Assembly: GCF_018350175.1 (NCBI RefSeq)
Contig: NC_058368.1
Span: forward strand, 16,680,001 to 16,744,000
DNA length: 64,000 bases
Reading direction: 5' to 3'
Origin: Felis catus
Lineage: Eukaryota
Below the pieces are notes generated by a model. It saw only the letters and a program-made list of their open reading frames with translations, was not told the origin of the DNA and ran no database searches. This document shows positions 12,482 to 25,242 of this stretch, piece after piece. Position numbers and translations under genes: made by a program. Within the stretch, counting starts at the first letter, position 1, and each line of letters opens with the position of its first letter.

Positions 12482-12687
12482 TCTTTCTTTTTTTTTTTTT
12501 TTTTTTTTGAAAGAGAGCACCAACAGGGGAGGGGCAGAGAGAGAGGGAGAGAGAGAGAGAATCCTGAGCAGGCTCCTTACTGTCAGCACAGAGACCGATG
12601 CAGGGCTCAAACCCATGAACCATGAGATCATGACCTGAGCCTAAATCAAGAGTCAGACACTTAACTGGCTGAGCCACCCAGTCCTGC
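12482..12687 (-). mobile_element. Can-SINE
   Basis: Poly-T tail; TSD ctag(a/g)actaacatttctt. Confidence 0.93.
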
Positions 12688-12904
12688 TCCTAGGACTAAC
12701 ATTTCTTATAGTCCAGTTGCCTGATATAAAACATATTGAATATCTCCTTGTAAAGTTAAAAATACACCTTTGCTGTACTACCATTAGGTTGATTAGAAAC
12801 TACCCCTGAAGGAAGTGAGGGCCTTTTTTTAGCCATATTCACATTTATTATCTCACTTAAGTGCTATGAGCCTTCCTCCAGCATTCTACTTTTATATTCT
12901 GTGG

Positions 12905-13510
12905 TCAGTCAACAGTATTTGTGGAACAACTACTTTTATTCTGGGCCCTGTTCTAAGTGTTGGAGATACAGCCGTGAACAAGGGGAGGCAGTCTACTTTC
13001 CCGGGATTTACATTCTATGGGATGAACCTGGTGAAAAGCAAAAAAATGGAGAATAGTTCAGATAGGTATAAGTATTATGAAGAATGATAAAGAAAAGAAA
13101 AGCCGAAGAGATGTGTGTGTGGCTACACAGAGTACAGAGTAGCCAGGGAGAGCCAGCTGAGAAGGTGATTTTTGGACAGAGACCTGAATCAAGTGTGGGG
13201 TGAGTCTTTGGAGGGAAGGCACTTGTAGACAGAAAGAGTGGTGAGTGACAACGTGCCAAGGCAGGGCCATGGATCCATGTGGAAGTTGGGTGGCTGCAGG
13301 ATAAATTAAGAGATGGTTCTGGAACATAGGTAAGTGGCACTCTAGGTTTCCCAGGGCCTTATAGCCATGGTAAAGACTTATTTATACTCTGGGTGACTTG
13401 GGCAGCCATTGAAGGTTTTGAGAAATGAGTGACATAATTTAACATGTTTCAAAGGATTGCTTCCCTGCTTTGTAGAGAAGAGACTATGGAGGAAGGGAAG
13501 TGATAGAAGT
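12905..13510 (-). mobile_element. L2 (L2a/b-like) 3' region
   Basis: caacagtatttg...ctgttctaagtgttggagatacagccgtgaacaag, gcagagacctgaa-like and agccattgaaggtttt motifs. Confidence 0.85.
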
Positions 13511-13689
13511 ACAGGGATGGTTTAGGAGACTACTCCACCAGTCCAGACAAAATATGGCTGGGGCTCAGAGTGATTATATAATTCTAATATTTTAATTGAG
13601 AGGGCATAGTTTTCAGAAGCCCGTTGATTTCAGAAACACTCGTATTTCTATTTGGGCATATTGTGAAAATGCAAAGATTCTAGAAACAC

Positions 13690-13870
13690 AATGAGTGGGT
13701 ACCATGCTCAGTGCTACCAATTAGCTGTGTAGTCATGAAAAACTTAATTTCTTTGTCTCGGTTTCTCCATGTCCAAAATGGATTACTGTAAGAACTAAGC
13801 TATTTATCTAAAGTAGTTCAGATAGTACCAAACATACAGAAAGTGCTATGTAAATGTTAAATTATTGCTA
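13690..13870 (+). mobile_element. MIR
   Basis: ttagctgtgt...cttaatttctttgtctcggtttctccatgtccaaaatgg...aagtgctatgtaaatgtta. Confidence 0.7.
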
Positions 13871-13964
13871 TGTTCATTTCAGATAAGGCTCACAACAAAA
13901 TTTCTAGAGAAATCGTTATGGCCAGATTGAATGGCTATTGATCTGTTACATTCTTATAAAAATA

Positions 13965-14210
13965 TTTTTAATTTTGTTCATCAGGGGACATTTACCAATG
14001 TCTAGAGACACTTTTAATTGTCATGATTTGGGAGTTGCTCCCTCCCCTCACCCTCCCTGCCCCCCCACTTCCTGCTAGATTATGCTTCTCACATCAAGTG
14101 GGTGGGGGCTTGGGATGCCAGCAAGTGTTCTAAAATGCACAGGACCACCCTCCACAAAAAAGACCTATCTATTCTAAAATGTCAGTAGTGCTATCCCCAA
14201 GTAAACCTGA
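13965..14210 (+). mobile_element. MER20 (hAT-Charlie) DNA transposon
   Basis: caggggacatttaccaatgtctagagacactttt...aatgcacaggac...aaaatgtcagtagtgc matches the MER20 consensus. Confidence 0.85.
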
Positions 14211-15179
14211 TATAAATTCTGGAAACAGATTAGCAAAAGCATTCAAACTTTTATGTTTCCTCAAAAGGATTTCAGCTGGAAAGCTTTCACACTGTTCTAC
14301 TTTTCTTCTTTTCTCCATGTGACAAGCACAAATACATCACTTTCTTCCTTTTCTTTATTCTTTAAATTTTTCTGTCTCTGAGAAGCTTATCCCCAATTAC
14401 TGTAGTTTTTAAGATCACAACAGATTTCCTATTTTTAGTAAGTAAACTTGGCACCAGAATTAGAGAAAGTGCTTGGAACTTGAGTTCCTGCTACTTGAAG
14501 ACTTTTCCATGGTATATTAGCATGTCCCAGTCTTTCTGATAAACCTTCAACTTTGTCATGGGGTTTGTTTCAGGTGCTTGTATACAGTCCTATTTAGAGT
14601 ACATTTTAATGGACTATACCAGATAATTCATTTCATTCTGTATGCCTTTCACTTTCAGAGAAAACCTCGTTGGATTACACAGTTGAATTTGTAGGAGAAT
14701 GGACATAAACCTGGATCAATATCAGACAGGTACCTTGAACAACACTGTAACCTGAAATGCACGTGAGGCAGCCTAGCTGCCCTACTATGGTGCTCAAGGA
14801 TATTTTCTCAGTAAAGGACATGAAAAAGAGTCGGAACCTTCTTCCTGGGGCTGCTTTAATTACTTCTCCTTTTTTCTTAGTTATAGCGATATATGTTTTT
14901 AAGACTCTCATAGTTATCAGATTGTTTGCAAACATTAGTTACCTGTTGGTGTCATCTGTGTATTACCTATGGACCTAGGTTACTGGCAATCTCAGAATAC
15001 TAAGGTTTAGGAAACTCTTTGCTTCCTATTTAGGTAGTGACTTTCAGTTTGCTCTTTTATTTCTTAAAAGGGGAGCATTCTAACATGAAACTATGAAACG
15101 ATTCAGCTGGGTTGGCCTTATGCTGTGGGGTAGTTTTTCACTAGAACTTTCATTACGAGCTTCAAGGACAAATAGCTGT

Positions 15180-15360
15180 CAGTGGTGGGCTGGGTCTGGC
15201 TCTAAACTCTTGGCAAGAGCTGACTGTGTACATTCCTTCCTCTCTTAGTGATGTCCTATGGACAGCTTATAACTGGATGCGGTAGGAGAATTTACACCAT
15301 TGACATTGACACATGCTACAGAACTGGACTTTCTCCTCCAGGGCACCTGCTGTTAGTCTT
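15180..15360. mobile_element. MER63A-like (hAT-Blackjack) fragment
   Basis: cagtggtgggctgg terminus, gcaagagctgactgtgtacat, gaatttacaccat...catgctaca. Confidence 0.6.
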
Positions 15361-16819
15361 ATCCTCCAAGGGGTCCAACTTGTTCTTATTTTATTAGAAA
15401 CCAGCATAAGGGCTACACAAGTTTCCCCATGGTTTCAGGGCAAGAGTGTCTGGGAACAGTTTAGTCAAGCTTGGAGTTATAGTTAGTTTTAACGTGGGTC
15501 CTCCTATCTTCCAGGAGGACCATATTTCTTCCAGCTCATAAGACCCGCTGAGATCATAGGACAGTCAAGGTGAATTAAGCAATTTTTTTTTTTTTTTAGT
15601 TTCCCTCATCTTTCAAGATACTGCTAACTTTTCCAGCACTATTTATTCATGTCTTCCTTGCTAAGTGGTTTTCATCAGCTAGGTGTTTCTGGCAGGTTGA
15701 TATCCATCGATACATCTCAGAGTAAATATTGTATTTACCCATTTTGCTTGTTTTGGGACCTTTGAAAAATAATGATGGGGTGATTTTGTTACTGCTGTCA
15801 GCATTTACTGAAATAGCTGGGCTGCAGTTTGAATTTGGAGTCACCAATTTTTCAATAATTATATGTTAGTATTTAATTCTGTAGATTTCAAAAACAAAGA
15901 CTTGAAATTTTATGTCATATCTGCTATTGAATGTATCTTTGAAAGGATCTTTCCTCTGGATTTCTGCTCCGCATTGTTCTCATCTGTTCTATCAGCTAGG
16001 CTATAATTTATGGTAGATGATTTCATTCAAGGGTATATGTCTTCTGCCAGCATGTTTGGTGACAAGAGGGTTATTTCATAAACAAAGCAGTTCGTATTCC
16101 AAATACATGTTTTACAGCGTAGCATTGATGTGAAACCATTTGGAACTCATGTATTACAAGCTATATAAGACTATTTAGGACTCATGGATCAGCTAGGCTG
16201 GTGGCCAGGTAGAGATTCTCAAATTCTAGTGCCATCCCCAAATCCCATATTTTGATGCTGCTTTCATTAGGAAAATATTTTGGGTTTTCAGATCTTAGTG
16301 AAATGCATGTTTATACATAAATCACATAAATGTGAAAAAAACACTATGAAATCAGAACAGATAACATAATGATTCCCCAAGTTCCTAAGCATGAGTCTGC
16401 CTTCTTATCATTTGAATTTTCTCTATAGATATCTCCTTTATAAAAACCCATAGTAACAACATTTAGGTGCTTCTCATTCAGTAATATCTTGTTCTTAACT
16501 GGAGGCTTCAAGAGGTTTGATTTTTTACCTTTTACTCTGTATTCTATACTTCCAGTGCCTCAATCATATCAACTCTCTGTGGTTGCCTCTGCCCACAGTG
16601 GCATAGCTGGCATTAAGAACTTGTCCTCTTCCTATGAAAGGCCCCACTTGTCTCTGGGCAATAGCTGACAGCAGGCTGCTCAGGTCTTCCAAGATAGGGG
16701 CCACAATGAGGCTGCTGTCATTGCGATGTTTGTGTCTATACAATGGGCAAGCTAACTTTTCTTCGTTATAACATGAGTATCCCTTTATGTCACTTAAACT
16801 CTTCATAAACCTTGTCCTT

Positions 16820-17220
16820 TTAAAAAATTTATTTACTTTGCAAGAGACAGAGAGAGCGAGCAGGGGAGGGGCAGAGAGAGAGAGAGAAAGAGAACCCCAA
16901 GTAGGCTCCACACTGTGAGCTTGGACCCCAATACAGGGCTCAAACCCACGAACTTCAACATCATGATCATCCCTCCCATACTATATGCTTTTTAATGATT
17001 TTTTGAAAAAGAGTATTAGGAATTTTGTCTAAAGTTGTTTTATATAGTTGTTAAGTTGTGGCTTAATAAATGATGACAAATTATGATAGATCATGCTGAC
17101 ATAATATTTATCTGACTTGGGTTTTTTCTTTTTCTTTTAAAATATTTTAATTACCCCAAAAGCATAAGAAATAAAGCATAAGAGCTGGACATTTAACTGA
17201 CTGAGCCACCCAGGTGCCCC
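16820..17220 (-). mobile_element. Can-SINE split by a ~205-bp insertion
   Basis: SINE 3' part at 16820-16968 and head at ~17180-17220; single TSD aaac(c/t)ttgtccttt around the whole. Confidence 0.92.
16970..17175 (+). repeat. Dispersed direct duplication, copy 1 of the sequence at 18134-18577
   Basis: tccctcccatact...gcttaataaatgatgacaaattatgatagatcatgctga...aattaccccaaaagcataag shared, roughly 90% identical by eye. Confidence 0.95.
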
Positions 17221-17259
17221 AAACTTTGTCCTTTATAACACTTTAAAGCATTTGTAAAT

Positions 17260-17900
17260 ACAGAATAATAAATGTTCAATGCAAACAACTTGGCCGAAGT
17301 AGAAAAACAAAGAAAAATTGATACACAAAACCCTCTACTCTTAACACTTTGGTGCATATATTTCCAGGATTTTCCCATGTCACGTTTTTTCATATCTTTT
17401 ATTTTTCACTTATTCTATAACGAACATTTTCCATGTGGTTGTGTACTTTTTTCACTATCATTAATTCTTTAAAGGTTTTTATTTTAATTCAGTGTAGTTA
17501 GCATACAGTGTTCTATTAGGTTCGGGTGTACAGTATAGTGATTCAACAATTCTATACACTCCTTGGTGCTCACCGTGTATTCTCACTATGATTATTTTTA
17601 ATGTCTGACTAGTAGCGTAGTACCAGTTGAATATTTTACCATAACTTTATCAATGATCATGTGTTGGAATTTGATTTTTTTTTAATAAAAGTGTGATGAT
17701 TATCCTGGTACCTATACTTGTTTAGAAAGTTGCCTTGAAATTATATTGCTGAGCTGGATGAAAGCTATTAAAATTTTGAGACATTTAAGATATTTTTCCA
17801 AATTGTACTCGACACGGGGTGTTGGAATATATATTCCTCAGCAATACACAAAGGTGCCAACTTCCACCCACGTTGGCTACTCAATAGAATACTCAAAGAA
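17260..17900 (-). mobile_element. Old L1ME 3' fragment containing a younger L1 3'-end piece (~17478-17580)
   Basis: ttaacactttggtgcatatatttccagg; gtgtagttagcatacagtgttctattaggttcgggtgtacagtatagtgattcaacaattc. Confidence 0.65.
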
Positions 17901-18101
17901 TGATAGTTCTTCATGAATTGCTTCCCACAAAGAAGAAACTTAAATTTTCCACTATGGTTGCAATAAAATACTGGCACATAATTCTCTCTGCATTTAGGTT
18001 GGAAGCCTAGGGACACGGTGCTTTTATTTTAACAAGGAAAACAGGGCGAATGTTTCCAAGAAATGGGCTTCTTGCTAAGTATGCAAAGATCCTCACATTT
18101 T

Positions 18102-18133
<32 letters not shown>

Positions 18134-18134
<1 letters not shown>

Positions 18135-18577
18135 CCCTCCCATACTATGTGCTTTTTTAATGATTTTTTGGAAAAATAGTATTGGGGGGCACCTGTGTGG
18201 CCCAGTCGGTTAAGCGTCTGACCTCAGCTCAGGCCATGATCTCACAGTCCATGAATTCAAGCTCCACATCGGGCTCTGTGCTGACAGCTCAGAGCCTGGT
18301 GCCTGCTTCAGATTCTGTGTCTCCCTCTTGCTCTGCCCCTTCCCTGCTCATACTCTGCCACTCTCTGTCTCAAAAATAAATAAAAACATTAAAAAAAAAA
18401 GAAAAAAAAAGAAAAATAGTATTAGGAATTTTGGCTAATGTTGTTTTAAATAGTTGTTAAGTTGTGGCTTAATAAATGATGACAAATTATGATAGATCAT
18501 GCTGATGTCATATTTATCTGACTTGGGGTTTTTTAATTTTAAAATATTTTAATTACCCCAAAAGCATAAGGAATAAA
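18134..18577 (+). repeat. Dispersed direct duplication, copy 2 (probable donor), interrupted by a SINE
   Basis: Matches 16970-17175 once the SINE and one TSD are removed. Confidence 0.95.
18184..18410 (+). mobile_element. Can-SINE
   Basis: Perfect TSD gaaaaatagtatt at 18171-18183 and 18411-18423. Confidence 0.96.
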
Positions 18578-19749
18578 ATGTTAGTATATTATGAAATGTG
18601 ATTGTTAGTACAGTAATAACAGAGTGATGTTTACAAAAGGTTAACCATAAAAATTAATTAAAATTGCTACATATGAAAGTATTCAAGGAGAAATATTTTT
18701 AAGTAACATCATGACATTCAAAAAGTGCATATTCAACACTCCTATGGGTTTAGATATCTAAATATCTTCAGATATGGATTGTCAGTAACTGCCATTTACT
18801 ATTCAGAAAAATCTATTTTCTCTATACTCCTATGGTCTATTTCTGGTTAAGAGCAACATTTTGCATTTTCTAATATTTTTAATTATGTCAGATAAAAAGC
18901 GCATATGATAATCCACAAGACTTCACTTTTATCACCAAGACCTACATGCTGAAAACAATTCATCACAGCTTATACAGAGTTTACAATTCAGTTTATATGT
19001 ATGAAAAGAACTTACTACCTTCCTCACTCAGCTTTTCCTTTGAGAACACTGTTAACCCAATTCCTAATAAGGAAACTGCTTTGCACATTTACTGGGAAAA
19101 AGGCACGGGTTTCCTTGGCAACTGGAGCCATGTGCAATCTCTCAGAACAGCTCCTCCTACACTCAAGTTTCCTAGGTAGCAGGCTGCATATATTTTATAA
19201 AGACAATGGGATAATGGGAGAGAGATCACCCTGTTCAACCCTGCATGTGAAAGCTTCAATGGGAAAGGTGCATTTGCTATAATAACTGACAATTTGAGAG
19301 AAAATATTAATTGTATAATGAGGTTGCTTCCTCTGCCTAATTCAGAACTAACAGTTTAATTCAAGGTCCAAAATATACTTAAGTGTTCAAGATTTTTTAC
19401 GGGTAAAATTAACCGCCTCCCATCTTCATTACCCCCACCACTCCACCAAATCAGTTCACACAATTTTGCAGCTAAGGACAAAGGTAGGTTGCAGGTGAGC
19501 ACTTTCATGGTAGTGATTCTTTCAGTCTCCCAGAACTCTGTCACTGAAGCAGAAAACCTAATCTTTATCTTACACGAATGGAAAGAAACTCAATTTATCC
19601 TGAAATTGACTGCAAAGTGTCACAAAAGTTTAAAACCTCTAAATAGATTTTGTCTATAGGTCTAGAAAATATTAGGAAATAAATCATGAATGGCCTAAAG
19701 GAAATAGGTATTTACAATAAAATGAAAGTAAAGAAAAAAGAAAACATTG

Positions 19750-19873
19750 AGGGGTGCCTGGGTGGCTCAGAGGGTTAAGCATCTAACTCTTGAATCTCAG
19801 CTATGGTCTTGATCTCAGGGTTGTGAGTTCAAGCCCTCCATGCCAGAGTGAGGCATACTTGAAAAAAAAAAAA
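19750..19873 (+). mobile_element. Short old Can-SINE (SINEC_old-like)
   Basis: tRNA-like head without CT tract, then A tail; TSD aagaaaacatt. Confidence 0.85.
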
Positions 19874-21111
19874 GTAAAGAAAACATTAAGAAAATTGATG
19901 ATATACAGTCTATGCTATATTAGGATGATTTTCTGGGTGAAGGGGTGGGCAGAAAAATTTAAGTAAATTCATTTATATCAAGCAGATTCTTCTGTTTTTT
20001 TAACATAAAAACATTTGGAAGAAATCAAATTAAAGAGCAGATGTACATTAAGTGTAGACAGAGCCAATGTAAAATTTTCTGGCTAATTAGGAATCTTTAC
20101 AAGTCAAATATTGTTTTAAAAATTATTTTTGAAACCTTTTAAAATTCTTAATTTCATATAATAGAAACTCCTATTCTCTCACAATGCAATTAAGTATAAT
20201 TATCCATTGAGTTACACACAAAGAAAAATATAATTTATATGTAATTAATCAGCTCTGGAGCATTGTGAATTTTAAATTATGTGCAACTAGAGGAGTACAG
20301 ATTACATTGTTTAAACCTGTTTTGTGGAATACTTAGTAGAGTATCTTTACAACTAGCATCTAAAGGGAAGATTATTACAATGCACTCATTTTAATACCTT
20401 TCTTGCAAGAGGCACTATTCTATGTATGTTTATATTTTGAACCAAATACTGGGACAAATTTTTTAGTAAAAGTTTGGGACATAAACATTTTTATATTGCC
20501 TTTTAAAATATATTACATTTAATGTCTCTTTTTCTCCCTAACACACACACACACACACACAAACAAACACCCTGTGCTTTTATACCCCTATTTATGTGAT
20601 TCCAAGCAGTGGGGGTTGCAGGGTATGAGAATCAATCTTGGAAAGTGATTGTGAGATTGCAATAATGGGTTATAAATAATTTACGACAATAAGAACACAG
20701 ATTTCTTATAGTTTGAATTGCTAGCTTACTGCAATATAGGATGTGACTAAATACTCCATCTGTAGGTTTATTTGCCTTACCATGCAGATTTGCTAAGAGT
20801 GTGTTCAACAGCATCCTTCTTAGTTCTCGTTCTCATTCAAGTGTGCCTTTTTCTCCCTTGGAATGCTAAACCCAACTTTTCCTCTTCCATTTGCAAAATA
20901 TATTGCAAATATATTGCAAAAATATAATTTGTAATATATTGCAAAACTGCAATAATAACAGTAAGAATAGACATTTACTTAGTTATTTAATTATCTAGTT
21001 AATTTTGATTTTAGTATTTATAGGTAATAAGTGTTTTACTTGCATTAGAGGGTCAAATAACGATCATTAATATCCGTTACTTGATTATTTTGTTACGCTT
21101 TTAGTCCTATT

Positions 21112-21320
21112 TCTTTTTTTTTTAAACATTTATTCATTTTTGAGAGTCAGAATGCCAGTAGGGGAGGAGCAGAGAGAGAGGGAGACACAGAATCCAAAGC
21201 AGTCTCCAGGCTCTGAGTTGTCAGCACAGAGCCTGATGCAGGGTTCGAATTCACAAACTGTGAGATCATGACCTGAGCCAAAGTCAGACACTTGACTGGC
21301 TGAGCCACCCAGCTGCCCCA
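21112..21320 (-). mobile_element. Can-SINE
   Basis: TSD cttt(t/c)agtc(c/t)tatttct. Confidence 0.94.
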
Positions 21321-23029
21321 CTTTCAGTCTTATTTCTAATTTAATTTTATCAGGCAATTCTGTTTACACTTTTTTTGTTTATTTGTTTGTTTAACTGTCA
21401 TTTAAAGCTCAACTTCTGGCCGTTTCTAAGTTTTTTGTTTTTGTTTTTGTTTTTTTTTTAGATTAAGGAGATCTTTCCCATTACTCTGGTAGTGTACCAT
21501 AAACATATATGAAAACATTTGAAGCATACTCAAATGAATACATCAAGAAGAGAAAAATGACCGGCATCTGTCTGGTTTGGTGGTATAGAAGCAACGCTTA
21601 TTCTGATGAGTTACAAAACTATCCATCATTTATAACTAGTAACTAGTTGCCAAGCAGCTTAGTGATTCCAAAGAAAGAATGTCAGAGCAATTTGTGTATA
21701 TGTTCTACCATAGTTGAATGTTATCTTGTGATGAATAACACTAAAATCGAGGCCATATTTGACAGGCAAATTTAACTTAGTACCCTTTTAATTTTAGTTA
21801 TTTGGCTCATATATTACTATACTACATTTAAGAAAAGATGTTTGAACTGAACAAAAGATATTAATTTAGTTTGACAAAGGAGTTAACTTTTATGGGATGT
21901 TGCAGACAGAATCTCCTAGTTGGGTAGATTATGTAGATATTGCCTCTAAGCTCTTTTCCATCTCTAAGATACTCTAATTCTCATGTTGCAATCTTGTGAC
22001 ATAGGGCACTATTAAAGTCTCTGCATGGTGCTGAACTTTGTCCTTTTAAAATCACGTTGGCTCCATTAGCCACAGATAGGAACTTTATACCCCTTTTCCG
22101 CAGAAAGGTTAATCTTTACCTAAAACTGGAAGAGTAATATTCTTTAATGAGTTAAAGCTATTCTGTAATTAAGATGAATCTAACTATTTTGGAAATAGCA
22201 AATATTCCTTGCAAGAAAGGGGCAACTTAAAATTTACCAATAAAAATATATCCATTTGTAAATTACACAAACACATGACTGAAGAAATACTGTCACGAAA
22301 GCCATTTTCAATTTGAAGGCTTATTGAGTACATAAAGTAAATATTTTTTTCATCTTTATGAGACTATTAAAAAACAGTATCTGAATGAATATCTGAATGA
22401 CTATGAGGAATTTTCAATTTTGACATTCATGAAGTATATAAAAATTTCCATGTAAACATAGATCTCATCTTCCAAAAAATGTGCTTCTGAAGAAATATAC
22501 ACAAATATCTCCTCTGTGCTCTGTAAGATGGTCTGTGAAGGGTAAGATAACCAATCACCTTTTATTTTGCCAAACATTAACCTGCTTATTTTTCAATGTA
22601 CTATTCAATGTATTAAGCCATATGTAATCAACTCTAATTAAACAATGAAAGCTTTCTTATTTGATTTGCTATTTGCCTAATAAAACATCGTAAGAAAATG
22701 CAAAATGGGTCTGTGAAAAATACTATGAAGTATCCTTTTTTCACAGAGTATGTGAAATAAACTATCTGGTGAAGCAAGCTGATCCTGTCCCAGTATTAAG
22801 AGAATAATAGTTGCATATAGCAGTTTTAAATATTTCTCTAGTTTTGCTGTATCAAATTCAATGCATTTGATAAATACAAATAGTTGTAACTATTATTAAT
22901 ATAACTGACTGACCAACTAATATAATGATATAATTACGTCATTATAATATAACTGATATAATGAACAACCATTAATTGACCACCCAGTCCAAGTATTAGT
23001 ATGTAATTAACGATTAGTATTACGTATTG

Positions 23030-23830
23030 CTGCTTTCTGTCTCTCTCCCTACCCCTCTTTATATTTTATTGCATATATTTTTTTTTCAAAAAACTAAGTT
23101 GCTTAGTTTTTCTTATTACATTAGTGAATAAAAGATACTATAGGTAGTCTTGTGGGACTCTTCTCAACATGATGCTTCCAAGCCCTGTCCCTGTTGCTCT
23201 GTGCAACTGTATTTCATTAATTTCTCTGCTGTATAATGTTTTATTGTGCTAATATACCACAATTTATGAATATGAATCGTTTCTAGCTCTTTTTTTTTCC
23301 TAATAAAGGCTGTATTGGCGAGAACAGGTTTTTGCACATGGTGCAACAGGGAAAAGTTTCAGTGCAAATCTGTGAATGGATTTAATGGGAAGGTGGCGCG
23401 CAAATATTTAGCTTAATGAGATAGTGCCAGATTATTTTCCAACATGGTTGTCCTAATTTACATTCTCACTAGACACATGAGATCATGGTTGCATTATCTG
23501 ACTTCTTAATTTTGGAGACCTGGGCTGTATACAGGTTGCTCCTCATGTTTGTTTTGATTTCTATATCCTGGATTAACCCCGATTATCAGCAGCTTCCGTA
23601 TGCTCATTGGTCTTTCGTGTGTCACCTGTTTGGCCTACTTTTCTATTGGGCTGTTGTTCATACTGATTTCTTTATTGATTTTTTAGGAGTTCTTTATACT
23701 CTGCATGCTAAAATTTTGCCATACATACATACATATGTGCATACTCTTACATACTCTTGGTTTGTGGATCGTGATGTCTTTCAGAGAACAGGAGTTGGAA
23801 AATTTTATTTTGGTCACTTTTTATCAATAT
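23030..23830 (-). mobile_element. Old L1ME 3' region
   Basis: ttttattgtgctaatataccacaattt, atagtgccagattattttccaacatggttgtcctaatttacattctcact. Confidence 0.75.
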
Positions 23831-24996
23831 TTAGACTGGTCTTTGAGTACCGGTTTTAGTACAAACAGGCCGGAGTTTTTGCATCAGGCTATTCACTTTG
23901 GGCTTCCAGACCACAGGCAAATAATGAAGTTTATGAGTTTGCATGTATTAACCAAACAGTGCCTACTTCTAAATCTTCCGGTCAGGATCCTGACACAGGG
24001 AAATGAAGAAACCATCTCACAAACAAGCAATATTTGCTTCTCAGCGAATGACTGCAGGCCAACTCAGAGCTGCCTATGTGCTTACAATCTTGTAATTCTG
24101 AGAGACTGATTTATGTTCGGTAGTTGGCATGTCACCTCTCTGCAGTTGACTTTTTGGAGTGTGGCCTTTGTCTGCACCTTCATGTCAAAACCACACTTAC
24201 TAATGGAATCTCCGCCGTGAATTTCACGGTGTTCCGAATAAGGCTGTTTGGTGCAGAGTGGCTATAATTTGTCCCAAGACCCTGGCTTCATTCCTGAGCA
24301 CCACAATTTTTACAGAAATGAATTTTGATTTCATCCATAAAAATATTCTTTAATTCAAATGCTCAGTCAACAATACAATGGGGCCTGGTGTCTGGGTCCA
24401 CATTTCACTTACTGCAGGCACACATTCTGATATTGAAGCCCATGCATATTCATTCTCTGAGTCACACCTTTTTAAGCTGTTCGAGGCTGAAGTTTAGATA
24501 CAATACAAAAGAATTTACATCAAGTTATTGTCGCCAGAAATTTGGTTTGCCAAAAGGAGAGAAAGAAAGGGCATGCGGGAGAGGTATAATGCCCTAATTC
24601 TTTCAACACAGCCTCCATCAAGCACTCTTTCTGGCTCCATACATCTCCACTAAGTTGCCAAAATGTTGGGACAAGGCCAGCGGTCAGCAAAATGCCCCCC
24701 CCTTTTTTTATTACATCAATTAATTTCACTTCACTTATTTCTTACATTAATTTATTGCATATTAATTCACAAGAATTTCCCTTCCTTTGCTTAAAAAAGC
24801 ACATTTAAAACATTTGTCTTTTTTTTGTACTACCCCTTCTTAAAGTCAATTTGACACTAAAGTATATTTTAAAAAGCTACACGAATGAGTCTGTAGTAGT
24901 GAATGCTATAGATTATTGAAGTTCTATTTTAAATTCATCACTAACATAAAACCATGAGCCACTTTCCTTCAGGGTAGGGAAGTAGTGCTTTGTTAC

Positions 24997-25242
24997 CTTT
25001 CCCGTTGCATACAATGTTCCTTTTTTAAGGACAAGGACGACAAGGTTTTGCACCTGGTCCCTGCTCCACCAGGCACTTCCACTCCTGTGCCATTAGAAGC
25101 CTCCGGAAGAGACTGAAGATGCCAGGAACTGCAGCAAAGTGAACTTTTTCACCATCAACCATCTTTTTCCTTTCTGTCTGTCTGTCTCTCTCTCTCCTGA
25201 GTCTTGTACAATGCTTTCATAGAAAACTCTCTGGCCCCCTTT
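24997..25242 (-). other. Candidate first exon of an unidentified minus-strand transcript
   Basis: Begins ~30 bp downstream of a TATA box and ends at donor AAG|GTAACA (intron from 24996); non-repetitive; contains several ATGs. Confidence 0.35.

Noticed and set aside
14659..14729. Plus-strand AG...GT bounded segment
   Set aside because: Stops in all three frames and a weak donor (GTACCT)
20891..20946. Repeated attgcaaa words resembling C/EBP sites or a mini-array
   Set aside because: Simple ~12-bp slippage repeat with no spacers
23485..24109. 124-aa and 134-aa hydrophobic ORFs
   Set aside because: Largely antisense L1ME; the T-rich strand gives spurious membrane-like peptides
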